Source: an uncultured bacterium
GTDB taxonomy: Bacteria; Babelota; Babeliae; Babelales; Vermiphilaceae
DNA length: 64,000 nucleotides
Direction of reading: 5' to 3'
NCBI GenBank assembly: GCA_963701085.1
Contig: OY969561.1
Span: 800,001 to 864,000 of the forward strand
A program made the translations under genes and the position numbers. The notes under the pieces are model-generated. The model did no database searches. It saw nothing but the letters and a program-made list of their open reading frames with translations, and had not been told where the DNA came from. Shown one piece after another: positions 31,496-41,776 of the stretch (the first letter of the stretch is position 1; each line of letters starts with the position of its first letter).

Positions 31496-32123
31496 GCTTA
31501 GCTATAAGAATAGCACGCGCAGGAGCAGCTTCAAGACCAATGGAATACAGCGGCAAACAGACAAAAAAATAACTGCCTGGTTGCACATGTCCCAATCGCA
31601 GCCCTTCAATAATAGCCACATCTGCATGCATTAAATTTTCATGCGTTGGGTGACCAGGTTGACTGTGTTCAATGCCAAGATAATCAATACCAACAACTTT
31701 TATTTTTTTCTCTGCCAAATAAATAGCCCCACTTGCTTCAAGATAGACAAAATGAGGACTAAATTTATCGGTAGGAGAAATATCACTATTAGTTGTACGT
31801 AGTAAAACAATACCACCTTCAACAATGTCATTATCATGAGCCATAAGACAGTCACGCGTAATTCGTTCTGCACACGTTGTCATATCAAGCACTACACAAT
31901 CACCAACAAAACGCTCTAACGGCATCTCATCAATCGTCTTACCATCCCTCAGAAAATGCGATGGTGCATCAATGTGCGTTCCCGTATGAGAACTCAGTTG
32001 GATACTTGTTTCACGCACACCATCGCGATTAAAGTTTTTAACTTCCTCAATGTTCACAATTGATCGATCTTTATATCCCGTTGTTGCTTTGCTAATTGGC
32101 CAGCTAATATCAATCACTTTCAT
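31485..32123 (-). CDS. Cyclase family metal-dependent hydrolase (kynurenine formamidase-like)
   Basis: HTGTHIDAPSH, VGID, IIEGL, AAPAR. Confidence 0.9.
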   Translation of the reverse strand: MKVIDISWPISKATTGYKDRSIVNIEEVKNFNRDGVRETSIQLSSHTGTHIDAPSHFLRDGKTIDEMPLERFVGDCVVLDMTTCAERITRDCLMAHDNDIVEGGIVLLRTTNSDISPTDKFSPHFVYLEASGAIYLAEKKIKVVGIDYLGIEHSQPGHPTHENLMHADVAIIEGLRLGHVQPGSYFFVCLPLYSIGLEAAPARAILIAKRPS

Positions 32124-32180
32124 TCTATTTCCCTTATTTTTTAAAGCTTATTATTAATTTTTTAAATTCACTGTCTTTTT

Positions 32181-32320
32181 CCGCTCGCCCTGAGTGTTTT
32201 TGCGAAAGCAAAAATGTATCGAAGGGTTAAGCAAAGAAATAATAATCACACATCTTTTTATATCGCACCCTTCGATACATTTTACTACGCTTCACTTCGT
32301 AAAACACTCAGGGCGAGCGG
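32181..32320. repeat. Inverted pair of family A palindromic units
   Basis: CCGCTCGCCCTGAGTG-hairpin-TGTATCGAAGGGT and its reverse complement at 32267-32320. Confidence 0.85.
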
Positions 32321-32363
32321 TTCAAATAATCAATCTTTTCTCGAATAAGCGCTTGTTCTTTTT

Positions 32364-33266
32364 CTAGCTTTTGCTCACCGCGTGCCCACCAAATTTATTA
32401 CGCAACATAGCAACAATTTTAGTTGCATAATTGCCACCAGTTTTTTCCGACCACTCTCTTACTCTTAATGACTCTTCAATCACCGGTACCGGAATATCTT
32501 CTTTATGCGCTTGCTCAACTGTCCATTTACCCATACCTGTTGACGCAACGCTGCCTGCGATATCGCGCAAGTCCTGATCATCTTTCATAATAGATTGCAC
32601 CAACTCCAAAATCCATGAACGGATCACTGAACCATGGTTCCATAGTGATGCAATTTTTTCTAAATCTAAATGTTCGTTTTTAAATTGCCCATCTTTAAGT
32701 ACATGAAAACCTTCAGCATACGCTTGTAACAATCCATACTCTATACCATTGTGTACCATCTTTACATAATGCCCTGCCCCAGAAGGACCGACATATGCAT
32801 ATCCATCTCGCGTTGCAACGGCGTGCAACAAACTTTCAATACTATTGTATGCTTTTTTATCGCCTCCAACCATGAGACAAAATCCATTTTCACGGCCATG
32901 AATTCCACCCGATGTTCCACAATCTATAAAATAAATATCTTCTAATGCAAGCTCTTGTGCACGACGCATAGAATCACTGAATTTGCTATTTCCACCATCA
33001 ATAATAACATCTTCCGTTTTTAATAATGGATGCAACTGAGCAATAACCTTATCAACCAACTCTCCTTGCGGAACCATGAGCCAAAAAACATGAATATTTT
33101 TGTCTGCAAAGTCAGCAACACTACTGACAATGCGCACGCCTTCTTTGGCTGCCGATGCACAACTATCAGGGCTGACATCAAAGCCAAAAACAGTAAATCC
33201 TCCTTGCATAGCACGATACGCAAGCGCCTCTCCCATTTTACCTAGTCCAATTATTGCTACGTTCAT
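32364..33266 (-). CDS. gnd: 6-phosphogluconate dehydrogenase (short type)
   Basis: IGLGKMG, IDGGNS, DCGTSGG, GHYVKMVHNGIEYG, MLRNKFGGH; ATGA overlap with zwf. Confidence 0.95.
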   Translation of the reverse strand: MNVAIIGLGKMGEALAYRAMQGGFTVFGFDVSPDSCASAAKEGVRIVSSVADFADKNIHVFWLMVPQGELVDKVIAQLHPLLKTEDVIIDGGNSKFSDSMRRAQELALEDIYFIDCGTSGGIHGRENGFCLMVGGDKKAYNSIESLLHAVATRDGYAYVGPSGAGHYVKMVHNGIEYGLLQAYAEGFHVLKDGQFKNEHLDLEKIASLWNHGSVIRSWILELVQSIMKDDQDLRDIAGSVASTGMGKWTVEQAHKEDIPVPVIEESLRVREWSEKTGGNYATKIVAMLRNKFGGHAVSKS

Positions 33267-34657
33267 GATCGCCACCTCATCCCATGTTTATCTCTATAAT
33301 GTTTTTCTTCATCTGGACCGGTTGATCCTTTTTTATAACTAAAAAGCGGTAATTTCTGTTTTTCTACCGCATCAATAAGCTTCCATGCATACTCAATTTC
33401 ATCAAAACGTACCGAAATTGATTGTTCACCACGCATTACTTCTTCGAGCAACACTTCATACGCCTCAGGTGTTTGTAACCCAAAAAGACAACTATGACAA
33501 AATTCCATACCAACCGGCATAACTTGATCAGCACTATCAGGACGTTTTGCATTCAACGTTAACAGAAATATCGCCTCAGGAGCTATTTGTATCGTCAACC
33601 AATTAGAATCAGTTGGGCACCCGCGCATCAACAAGCAATCTACCTGCTTAAATTTAATATGAATTATCGTCTCTTTTTTATCTAAACATTTACCCGTTTT
33701 TAAATAAAAAGGAACCCCAAGCCATCGTGGCGTATCAACAGCTAATTTTAATGATACATAGGTATCGGTATGGGATTCTTTAGATACATGTGCTTCTTGC
33801 TGATATCCATCATATTGACCTAAAATACCATCTATAAATCTCACTTTTTCCAGCACTTTTACTCGCTCAGTGCGGATATAATCCCCCGTCAACTTTTCAG
33901 GAGATTCCATACATATCAATGCCAACAGTTCCAACATATGATTCTGCACCACATCACGCAATGCACCATATGCATCATAATAGATACCACGACCCTCAAT
34001 GCCACCGCTTTCACTTAAAATAATTTGTACCTGATCAATGTATCTATTTGACCACAAAGGCTCAAGAACACAGTTAGTGAAGCGAATCATGGCGATATTA
34101 CTCACAACTTCTTTGGTTAAATAATGATCAATACGATACACCTGTGATTCATTCACATATTTCTCAATACACTGATTAATGTCATGGGCCGATTGCAGAT
34201 CATGACCAAATGGCTTTTCATACACTATTCTATGCCATACCTGATCATTTTTTTCACGTCGCTGCAATAAACCCACCTGAGCACTGCTATGCGTAATTGG
34301 GCAAAAGAAATTTGATCCTGTTGCTACATAAAAAAGACGGCTTCCTGTTATTCCATTCCTTTGTTCACATTCTTCAACAAAAGAGTGCAATGCCGCAAAA
34401 TCATCACTTTCACTAAAATTAATTTTTTTATAATAACTCATGTCCCGCAAAATATTCCAATTCGTATCATCAGCCTCTTGAATAAACGGACGTGCCGCAT
34501 CAATCATGTGATCAGCTGTTACATCATCAAAAGCAGCTCCTACAATAATCACTTTTTCCAACTTTTTCTTTGCGATAAACCGGTACAGTGCGGGAATAAT
34601 TTTTCGCTTACTCAAATCCCCCGTTGCACCAAATAAAACAATCGTTACGTTTTTCAT
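33263..34657 (-). CDS. zwf: Glucose-6-phosphate dehydrogenase
   Basis: FGATGDL, EKPFG, RIDHYLTKE, DVVQNH. Confidence 0.97.
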   Translation of the reverse strand: MKNVTIVLFGATGDLSKRKIIPALYRFIAKKKLEKVIIVGAAFDDVTADHMIDAARPFIQEADDTNWNILRDMSYYKKINFSESDDFAALHSFVEECEQRNGITGSRLFYVATGSNFFCPITHSSAQVGLLQRREKNDQVWHRIVYEKPFGHDLQSAHDINQCIEKYVNESQVYRIDHYLTKEVVSNIAMIRFTNCVLEPLWSNRYIDQVQIILSESGGIEGRGIYYDAYGALRDVVQNHMLELLALICMESPEKLTGDYIRTERVKVLEKVRFIDGILGQYDGYQQEAHVSKESHTDTYVSLKLAVDTPRWLGVPFYLKTGKCLDKKETIIHIKFKQVDCLLMRGCPTDSNWLTIQIAPEAIFLLTLNAKRPDSADQVMPVGMEFCHSCLFGLQTPEAYEVLLEEVMRGEQSISVRFDEIEYAWKLIDAVEKQKLPLFSYKKGSTGPDEEKHYRDKHGMRWRS

Positions 34658-34874
34658 TTCAAACCTACTATTTTCAAATCATTTCAACTCAATAAAAGAA
34701 TACCGCATATACAAGCAAAGAAAAGAAAATACCCCAGCTATTCAAACAATAATAATATCACTATCGTACCACAGCGCTGTTTAAACGAGCCATTTGACAA
34801 ACTTTTCAATTTGTAGTAAATTATATAAAGAGACCAAAGGCGATAATTATCATTTTTTTAATAGGGGAAATCAT

Positions 34875-35300
34875 ATGAATATTTTTAAACATATTTTCGT
34901 CGTTAGTGTACTAACCGTTTCATGCAACTCATTTGGCATGTTCTTTAAACAAGAACTTATCAAAAAACCATCTCAGGCTCAACAACAAAGAAATGTGTAT
35001 GAGTTTCTTGCAATCCGCCACTTAGATGGAATCGAGCAACAACAACTTTTGCACTATATAAATGCAGGAAACTTTTCTCACCCAGACTGTCAAGAGCTCG
35101 TTAGATGTGCCAAACAAAACGAATTCAATGAAACCGCAAAAATAAATCCACGAATTTTAAACATAACCAACAAAAAAAACAACACTAATAGTAAGTTTTT
35201 TAATATCAGAGATAATAATAAAAACAATACATTTCACTTCACGATGACATCAAAAAATGGCATGCCTACACAAGTCCTTTCTGAACGCAATAGCCAGTAA
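34875..35300 (+). CDS. Exported hypothetical protein
   Basis: AGGGG RBS; signal SFG|MFF; terminator follows. Confidence 0.6.
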   Translation: MNIFKHIFVVSVLTVSCNSFGMFFKQELIKKPSQAQQQRNVYEFLAIRHLDGIEQQQLLHYINAGNFSHPDCQELVRCAKQNEFNETAKINPRILNITNKKNNTNSKFFNIRDNNKNNTFHFTMTSKNGMPTQVLSERNSQ

Positions 35301-35313
35301 CTAACAAAAAAAC

Positions 35314-35370
35314 AAAAAACGTATCCCTGTTTATATGATTAATTTTATACAAACAGGGATATGTTTTTTT
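35314..35370. terminator. Terminator-like hairpin
   Basis: AAAAAACGTATCCCTGTTT..AAACAGGGATATGTTTTTTT. Confidence 0.75.
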
Positions 35371-35435
35371 AACACTATTTTTATAAGAGATGTTATACTA
35401 CGATTATCAATCTTTCACATAACATAGGAATAATT

Positions 35436-35936
35436 ATGAAGACTCGCTCACTATTTATAATTTTCGTAACTTTTAATGCACTCGCAATTTACAACTGTTT
35501 TAGTATGCAACTAGAAAAAGAGGATAAAATTATTACTCTGGACAAAGGTTTACTCACCGTAATACCTGCTAAAATAATACAACAAGGCTACAAGCAGACA
35601 GGTTTTTTTGAAACTACACCCTTTATTGCTGCAATTGATGAAAGAGAAGATTCTCTCATAAATCTATGGGGTTATACAAATAATTCCGCATACTTCCGAC
35701 CCCTCATTATGCAAGTCATCATTCGACAGCCAAACAGCCTTATAAAAAATCACGGAACATATTACAAACTCCCTCGTGAAGTAAAAGAAGCTATTCGTGA
35801 AAAGCAAGCGCTTTATTATACACGTAAACAAGGAATTTTAATATATTCCCTCGATCAACAACCAGATCCTAGCATAGTCACATATATCGATTATATGCTA
35901 GAAAACAATAAACGAGAAATGACAATATCTCAATAA
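35436..35936 (+). CDS. Exported hypothetical protein
   Basis: AGGA RBS; signal CFS|MQL. Confidence 0.6.
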   Translation: MKTRSLFIIFVTFNALAIYNCFSMQLEKEDKIITLDKGLLTVIPAKIIQQGYKQTGFFETTPFIAAIDEREDSLINLWGYTNNSAYFRPLIMQVIIRQPNSLIKNHGTYYKLPREVKEAIREKQALYYTRKQGILIYSLDQQPDPSIVTYIDYMLENNKREMTISQ

Positions 35937-35960
35937 CAACACTACATTCTACTTCGCTCT

Positions 35961-35986
35961 CCGCTCATCCTGAGCCTGTCGAAGGA
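35961..35986. repeat. Single family A unit just upstream of mutL
   Basis: CCGCTCATCCTGAGCCTGTCGAAGGA. Confidence 0.75.
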
Positions 35987-35999
35987 CGAAGAACAGGTC

Positions 36000-37283
36000 A
36001 TGGCAAAAATAAAACAATTATCCCCACATGAAGCACAAAAAATTGCAGCCGGAGAAGTGGTAGAACGGCCCGCAAACATTGTCAAAGAATTGATTGAAAA
36101 TTCAATTGATGCAGGTGCAACACGCATTACTGTTTATATTGAAGATGGCGGAAAAAGATTAATTCGTGTTGTGGATAATGGATGTGGTATGGATCTTGCA
36201 GATGCCCAAATCTGTTTTGATCGTCACGCAACAAGTAAAATAACTCACGTAGATCAACTCGAATCAATCGATACTTTTGGATTCCGCGGAGAAGCTCTTG
36301 CAAGCATCGCTTCTGTCAGTAAAATAACACTAATCACCAAAGAAGAAAACGTGCTGGAAGGCACAAAAATAATTGTTAACACCAACACAATAGTTGAAAC
36401 AAATTCTGTTGCATGCGTAACAGGAACAGACATAAGCGTGCAGAATCTCTTTGACAACGTGCCAGCACGAAAAAAATTTTTAAAAGCAACACAAACAGAA
36501 TGGCGTGCTATACAATTACTTTTTAATGCCTTCTGCTTTGATTACTCCCATATTCATTTTTTATTATTTTCCGACGGAAAACAAATATTGAATTGCCCCG
36601 CAACAACAATACTTAAAAATCGTGCTTTGCAACTGTGGGAACCTTCAACGCATAATCATCTTCTTGAACTACAAGCTGATACAAACTCTGTCATCTCTCT
36701 TTCTGGTGTTATTTCTGATCATCAACATTATCGGTATGATAGAAGCGGCATCTACTTTTTTGTTAACAAACGCTGGGTAAAAAATCAACATCTCAGTAGC
36801 GCATTTATAAAAGGATACGCTAACGTTCTTGCTGCTGGTAAATATCCCGTGGCAGCAGTACACATTACGGTACCAAGCAACGAAGTGGATATTAATATTC
36901 ATCCACGCAAAGAAGAAGTAAAATTCCTCCATCCACGACGCGTTGAACAAGCTTTACAACAAGCCGTCAAAGCTACACTTGAGAAAAATTTATCTCAGCA
37001 TCTTAAAAAAGATGTGGCTATCAAACCGGCAACACCTTCGCCATATTCAGCACAAAGAAATAATTTTAATTCGTTTGGCTTTGATAATTTTTTTGAAAAC
37101 TCCGCACCCTTCGATACATTTTTGCAAGCAAAAACACTCAGGGCGAGCGGAGAAAACAACATCATCAATACAAATGATTTTTTTGTGAAAGAAAAAGATT
37201 CCATTATTCCGCTCGCCCTGAGTGTTCCCGTAGGGAATGTATCGAAGGGTGCGGAACTCATTCTCAATGGGGTGCCCGATTGA
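36000..37283 (+). CDS. mutL: MutL N-terminal ATPase half (ends at in-frame TGA)
   Basis: IAAGEVVERP, KELIENSIDAG, DNGCGM, HATSK, GFRGEAL, VDINIHPRKEEV. Confidence 0.93.
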   Translation: MAKIKQLSPHEAQKIAAGEVVERPANIVKELIENSIDAGATRITVYIEDGGKRLIRVVDNGCGMDLADAQICFDRHATSKITHVDQLESIDTFGFRGEALASIASVSKITLITKEENVLEGTKIIVNTNTIVETNSVACVTGTDISVQNLFDNVPARKKFLKATQTEWRAIQLLFNAFCFDYSHIHFLLFSDGKQILNCPATTILKNRALQLWEPSTHNHLLELQADTNSVISLSGVISDHQHYRYDRSGIYFFVNKRWVKNQHLSSAFIKGYANVLAAGKYPVAAVHITVPSNEVDINIHPRKEEVKFLHPRRVEQALQQAVKATLEKNLSQHLKKDVAIKPATPSPYSAQRNNFNSFGFDNFFENSAPFDTFLQAKTLRASGENNIINTNDFFVKEKDSIIPLALSVPVGNVSKGAELILNGVPD

Positions 37284-37302
37284 AACAAAGTGAAAATTGA
37301 GG
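37101..37302. mobile_element. Family A inverted pair plus family B unit inserted in the mutL linker
   Basis: Arms 37101-37151 and 37208-37255 match 32181-32320; 37267-37302 matches family B. Confidence 0.85.
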
Positions 37303-37889
37303 TATTAGAATCATACCGCCTCATTGGCCAATACAACACAACATACATTCTTGTTGAAAAAGAAGACGGCCTTTTTTTAATTGATCAACACGCAGCACAT
37401 GAACGTATTTTATATGAACTATTTTCACAACACTTTAATGAAGTTGCAACAATCCAATTAATGTTTCCCCCTATAATTACGCTCTCAACACATGATATCG
37501 CCACCATAACTCCGCATCTTGATATCTTTACCTCAAACGGCATTATTATTGAACAGTGCGCAAGCGATCAGCTGATCATACAATCATTACCCGTTCACTT
37601 AAAAGATCAATCACTTACCGATATTGTCAGCGAAACTATTTCATGGATTACTGAACACGCGTCACTTGATGAGCAAGACCTCAAAAAAATGCTCAATAAT
37701 AAATTGCAAGCTCAGATGGCATGCAAGGCGGCAGTAAAAGCGGGTGATAGCTTAACGCAAGAAAAGATGGAGGAACTATTGCGTGATCTAGAAAAAACAG
37801 CCAACCGATTCTCCTGCCCTCATGGCAGACCAACCGGATGGCTGATATCATTAACCGAAATTGAAAAAAAATTTAAACGGCGGATTTAA
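37290..37889 (+). CDS. mutL: MutL C-terminal endonuclease/dimerisation half, same frame as the N-half
   Basis: DQHAAHER, ACK, CPHGRP motifs. Confidence 0.9.
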   Translation: MKIEVLESYRLIGQYNTTYILVEKEDGLFLIDQHAAHERILYELFSQHFNEVATIQLMFPPIITLSTHDIATITPHLDIFTSNGIIIEQCASDQLIIQSLPVHLKDQSLTDIVSETISWITEHASLDEQDLKKMLNNKLQAQMACKAAVKAGDSLTQEKMEELLRDLEKTANRFSCPHGRPTGWLISLTEIEKKFKRRI

Positions 37890-38649
37890 AGAAACCTTGG
37901 CCTTTAGTACTATCTACAACCAATTTACGATAAAAGAATGCGTATGCAAGTGTTGATAATGGCCACGTAATCATAACGCCAATCCAGCTCAAGAAACCAA
38001 GATAAACAACAACTTTAATCGCTACCCAAAACGCAAACATATCCCATACATGATGTTTAGTAACTTCATAGCTCATCTTTAAAGCAGCAATGGGTCCTAC
38101 ATTTTTGTCGATAATAAAATAGGGGAAAAAAGCAAAACGTAATAACGCAATAAATCCTGGCAACACAAAAAAGAGCCATCCAACCCATACCATGAGAGAA
38201 TATAGAATCCATCCAACAAGAGCTTTAGGCGCTAAACCAAAAGATGTAATCAGTTCTTTAACATTGCCTTGGTCACGATCATAAATGCCAAGCGCAATCT
38301 TTTTAAATCCTAAATCAAGCCCAACAAAAAAGATTGCTAAAACTACCGCTGAAATAAGAAGTGAAATTATATTTGATGATACAAGGTTCATCATCGCTGC
38401 ACCTGATTGATACGCTACTGATGCACAATTGTAACCAATGCACTCCTGATAATCTTGCCATGCTTGTGATGATATCATTGCTTGAATAAAACCTTTATTC
38501 AAAAATCCAATAATACCAACAACAAGAGCAATAACACCGCTGCCTGCCAATAGAACCATAACAAAAAGACGCACATGCTCAATAATTTCTCTAAAAGCAA
38601 AACCTATCGCTTCTAGTACAAAGCTTTTTCCTTTTTCCATCTTACACAC
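37873..38649 (-). CDS. Integral membrane hypothetical protein
   Basis: Several TM helices; PYFIID..GPIAALKMSYEVT motif. Confidence 0.75.
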   Translation of the reverse strand: MCKMEKGKSFVLEAIGFAFREIIEHVRLFVMVLLAGSGVIALVVGIIGFLNKGFIQAMISSQAWQDYQECIGYNCASVAYQSGAAMMNLVSSNIISLLISAVVLAIFFVGLDLGFKKIALGIYDRDQGNVKELITSFGLAPKALVGWILYSLMVWVGWLFFVLPGFIALLRFAFFPYFIIDKNVGPIAALKMSYEVTKHHVWDMFAFWVAIKVVVYLGFLSWIGVMITWPLSTLAYAFFYRKLVVDSTKGQGFFKSAV

Positions 38650-38760
38650 TCCTTTTTTTAGACATAAAAATAACGATATGAATACTATCTAATCATACTC
38701 AACAAAAAAATTGCAACAATTCACGTTCGTCAGCATCAATCCACTTTTCAGTTTCTTTGC

Positions 38761-38794
38761 ATGGGTACCCAATTGGAACAACGTGAAAATTGGG
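38761..38794. repeat. Family B unit
   Basis: ATGGGTACCCAATTGGAACAACGTGAAAATTGGG. Confidence 0.7.
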
Positions 38795-38802
38795 TAAAAG
38801 AT

Positions 38803-39591
38803 TTAGTTATTAGTATGCACAACAGTTATAACCGTCTTATTTTTGTCAAACTGATCCTTGAGCTGCTGCATTAAAACTGCTGGTGCTGATCTAAATTTAT
38901 CCGTAGCAACCCACACACGCACTGCTAAAAAAGTTCGTATTTCAGTATCATAATCATGTTGCGCCATTTTATTCAGCATAACAACCGGAGCGGGATCTTT
39001 TAAAAACAACTGATCACGTGCAATAACTTCATAAATCAACTGCTTTGCCTGCTCAACATCATCTGCATACGGCAGTGATATTACGCAATCAATTCTTTTG
39101 TTTGGATAATAGGTAAGATTATTAAGGGTATTCTTTAACATCATTTCATTAGGCAAACGAACCAATTTATTATCAAACGTACGAACACGAACAGAAAGCA
39201 AATCGACTGATTCTACATAACCAACTACATCATCACTTTTAATAATATCACCCACAGAAAAAGGCCGCTCTAGTAATAAAAAAAGACCACTAATAATATT
39301 GGATATACTTGTTTGTGAAGCAAAACCAATGGCAACACCAAGCACCCCAGCAGCACCCAATAATGTTACAACATTAAAACCAAGTTCATACAATACCGTG
39401 ACAACAATAAAAAGTAATCCACCATAAAAAATAATCTTACCAACTAAAACACCAATATGTTGCGAAAGACGCTTGGTACACACTACGGCAAGCGCGTTAC
39501 TGCACCAGCGCACAAGCGGAATACCAATAAAAATTAAAACACAAATACGCAGGACATTACCTGCGTATAGTGCAAAAGAAAAATCATTCAT
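38803..39591 (-). CDS. mscS: Small-conductance mechanosensitive channel
   Basis: GVAIGFASQ..SNIISG..ERPFSVGD, VRLPN. Confidence 0.92.
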   Translation of the reverse strand: MNDFSFALYAGNVLRICVLIFIGIPLVRWCSNALAVVCTKRLSQHIGVLVGKIIFYGGLLFIVVTVLYELGFNVVTLLGAAGVLGVAIGFASQTSISNIISGLFLLLERPFSVGDIIKSDDVVGYVESVDLLSVRVRTFDNKLVRLPNEMMLKNTLNNLTYYPNKRIDCVISLPYADDVEQAKQLIYEVIARDQLFLKDPAPVVMLNKMAQHDYDTEIRTFLAVRVWVATDKFRSAPAVLMQQLKDQFDKNKTVITVVHTNN

Positions 39592-39610
39592 TACATCACA
39601 CCCTTACTGA

Positions 39611-39817
39611 CTAAAACCAGCGCTTTCTGCTTGCAATCAATGGCAATAACAACTGTAACGGTGGTAGCCCACGTAGTTTTAACCCATAATTAATTAAAGA
39701 TAGTGCCGCAAGCGCAATAATAACACGCAATAATAAATCACCCAATGCTACCGCCACTACCACAACACCAATCACAATACAAAACAAACCAAAAATATTA
39801 TTATAATTAATCGCCAT
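39611..39817 (-). CDS. Small membrane protein
   Basis: AAGGAG RBS; two hydrophobic segments. Confidence 0.6.
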   Translation of the reverse strand: MAINYNNIFGLFCIVIGVVVVAVALGDLLLRVIIALAALSLINYGLKLRGLPPLQLLLPLIASRKRWF

Positions 39818-39988
39818 AACACTCCTTAAAAAATAAAAAAACTATTGTCATAGTTTACCAGATCACAACATTTTTTTTACTTTATTTTTTTATACCCAAC
39901 AAAAACCATAATTTGTAATTATTGATTTTGATACAGTTCTTTACGTAGACTTTCACCATTATAAAGACCAATTATAAGGAGATAAGAC

Positions 39989-40840
39989 ATGATCGCACTT
40001 ATAATACTCCTGTTGAGCAACATCATCTACTTTACCATGCATGCATCAACCGCTCCCATAAATAATGCTTCTGACAATTCACCAAAGCGTGCAATCGTCA
40101 TTGGTGCTTCTGTTGGCATGGGAAAAGCAATTTCAAAACAACTTGCCGCTGATGGTTACATTGTTGGTATGACAGCACGCAGAGTTGAACTCCTTGAACA
40201 AACACAACAAGAAATTCCTACGCAAACCTACATAAGCTACATGGATGCTTCTGATCCTGATGATGCAGTAAACAGGCTGAACAGCATGATTACAGAAATG
40301 GGAGGACTTGATCTTATTATTATTGCGGTGACCGGTTATTGGGATTGTGATTTTGATGACAGCAATTGGAAAAAATCATTATCAGTACTCACTGTTGATG
40401 TTGTTGGTTTTTTTGCGTTAGCGCGCACCGCACTTAATTTTTTTGAAAGTCAGGGTCATGGCCACTTGGTTGGATTTTCATCAGTCGACGGTCTGCGTGG
40501 CGTTGCTGGTTGCCCAGCATACTCAGCAGCAAAAGCATTTTGCGCTCGTTATTTAGAAGCAGAACGTAATAAATTTATGCAAAAAAATATGCCTATCTTT
40601 GTTACTGAATTATGCCCTGGTTGGGTTAACAGCAGAGGCGATATGGATTACACAGAAATGCCTCATGCTTATTGGGTTGAAACATTAGAAGATGCAACAC
40701 ACGATATTATGGAAGCGATAAAAAACAAAGATCATGTAGCGTATATTACCAAACGCTGGCAAAAAGTTGCTGCTTTACTTGCTACTATACCGGCCGATCT
40801 TTATAACGCATTGAGCGCACGCTCCGGTGGAGGATTTTAA
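39989..40840 (+). CDS. SDR family oxidoreductase with hydrophobic N-terminal extension
   Basis: IGASVGMG, YSAAK, CPGWV. Confidence 0.88.
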   Translation: MIALIILLLSNIIYFTMHASTAPINNASDNSPKRAIVIGASVGMGKAISKQLAADGYIVGMTARRVELLEQTQQEIPTQTYISYMDASDPDDAVNRLNSMITEMGGLDLIIIAVTGYWDCDFDDSNWKKSLSVLTVDVVGFFALARTALNFFESQGHGHLVGFSSVDGLRGVAGCPAYSAAKAFCARYLEAERNKFMQKNMPIFVTELCPGWVNSRGDMDYTEMPHAYWVETLEDATHDIMEAIKNKDHVAYITKRWQKVAALLATIPADLYNALSARSGGGF

Positions 40841-41312
40841 TGTTATTTTTTTACTTCTAAAAATATTTATGGCTATAGATAAGCATTCTATTTTTGTTTA
40901 ACAAAATTTGCTCAACCTTTACTTTACACCTGACAATAATTTGCTATGATACCAGAAAACAGCTTGTAGAAATAGAAGAAATAATAATAGTAAAATTAAT
41001 ATGCTCACAAAGAGAAGGGAACATAAAAAAGTGCTAACATAAAACATCACAGATTACTGTGCTTTTTTCATTCAATAACTAACCACATTTGAAATAGGAA
41101 AAACAATGGCGTTATATTCTTTTTTACTTAATTGTTTTACACATCCCACGTATGAATTCAATTCATCTTTCTGTGAAAATGGTGAACATGATAATCAGAC
41201 AGACACAGAAATCGATCTTTGGGAATTTTTAATTCTTTTTCAAAGAATTTTGATTCTACTGTATAAACTTCTAAAAAGATTTAAATTAATAAACTTTTTA
41301 TAAACTTTAAAA

Positions 41313-41401
41313 CTATCCTCAAATTAATTTTTTCCTGCGCTCGCCCTGACAATTCGGCAAGCTCAAGACGAGCGCGGGGAGAAAATTAGTTTAGGGATAG
41401 G
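41313..41401. mobile_element. Intergenic family A MITE-like element
   Basis: CTATCCTCAAATTAATTTTTTCCTGCGCTCGCCCTGA..CAAGCTCAAGACGAGCGCGGGGAGAAAATTAGTTTAGGGATAG. Confidence 0.8.
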
Positions 41402-41416
41402 CATTTAATTTATCGA

Positions 41417-41776
41417 CTATAATTCTTCTGTTTTAGGTTTATTTAATTGTTCAAAAATAGCTGGAACTTCTTTGTTTTTAAATTTTTCCAACTTATGAAA
41501 TGCATTGATAACGAAAGGATCATTACTATGGACTAGCTTATAATCCCTGAGAAATTCTTCATAATTATTGCGCAAACGAATTTCAGCTTTATTTTCACTT
41601 TTCCCTACAGCTATAAGAAGTTGTTGATAGATATAGGTACTACGGTAACCTGCAAGATTTAAGCGAAGCTCTTTCTGTTGCTGTTTATTCAACATATTTT
41701 GTTGTTGCTCCATACTATGCAATTGAGTAGCACCCAAAGCTACTAACCCTACTATAAAAATTATATGTTTTTTCAT
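41417..41776 (-). CDS. Exported hypothetical protein
   Basis: Signal LHS|MEQ; DPFV motif shared with the neighbouring gene. Confidence 0.65.
   Translation of the reverse strand: MKKHIIFIVGLVALGATQLHSMEQQQNMLNKQQQKELRLNLAGYRSTYIYQQLLIAVGKSENKAEIRLRNNYEEFLRDYKLVHSNDPFVINAFHKLEKFKNKEVPAIFEQLNKPKTEEL

Noticed and set aside
37281-37283. Genome-wide TGA recoding (code 4/25) or selenocysteine
   Set aside because: TGA terminates zwf, yraN and the DJ-1 gene normally, Trp is TGG throughout, and the codon lies in repeat-derived linker
41106-41303. 65-aa ORF with weak RBS
   Set aside because: Low-complexity AT-rich sequence with no motif; cannot be supported as a gene
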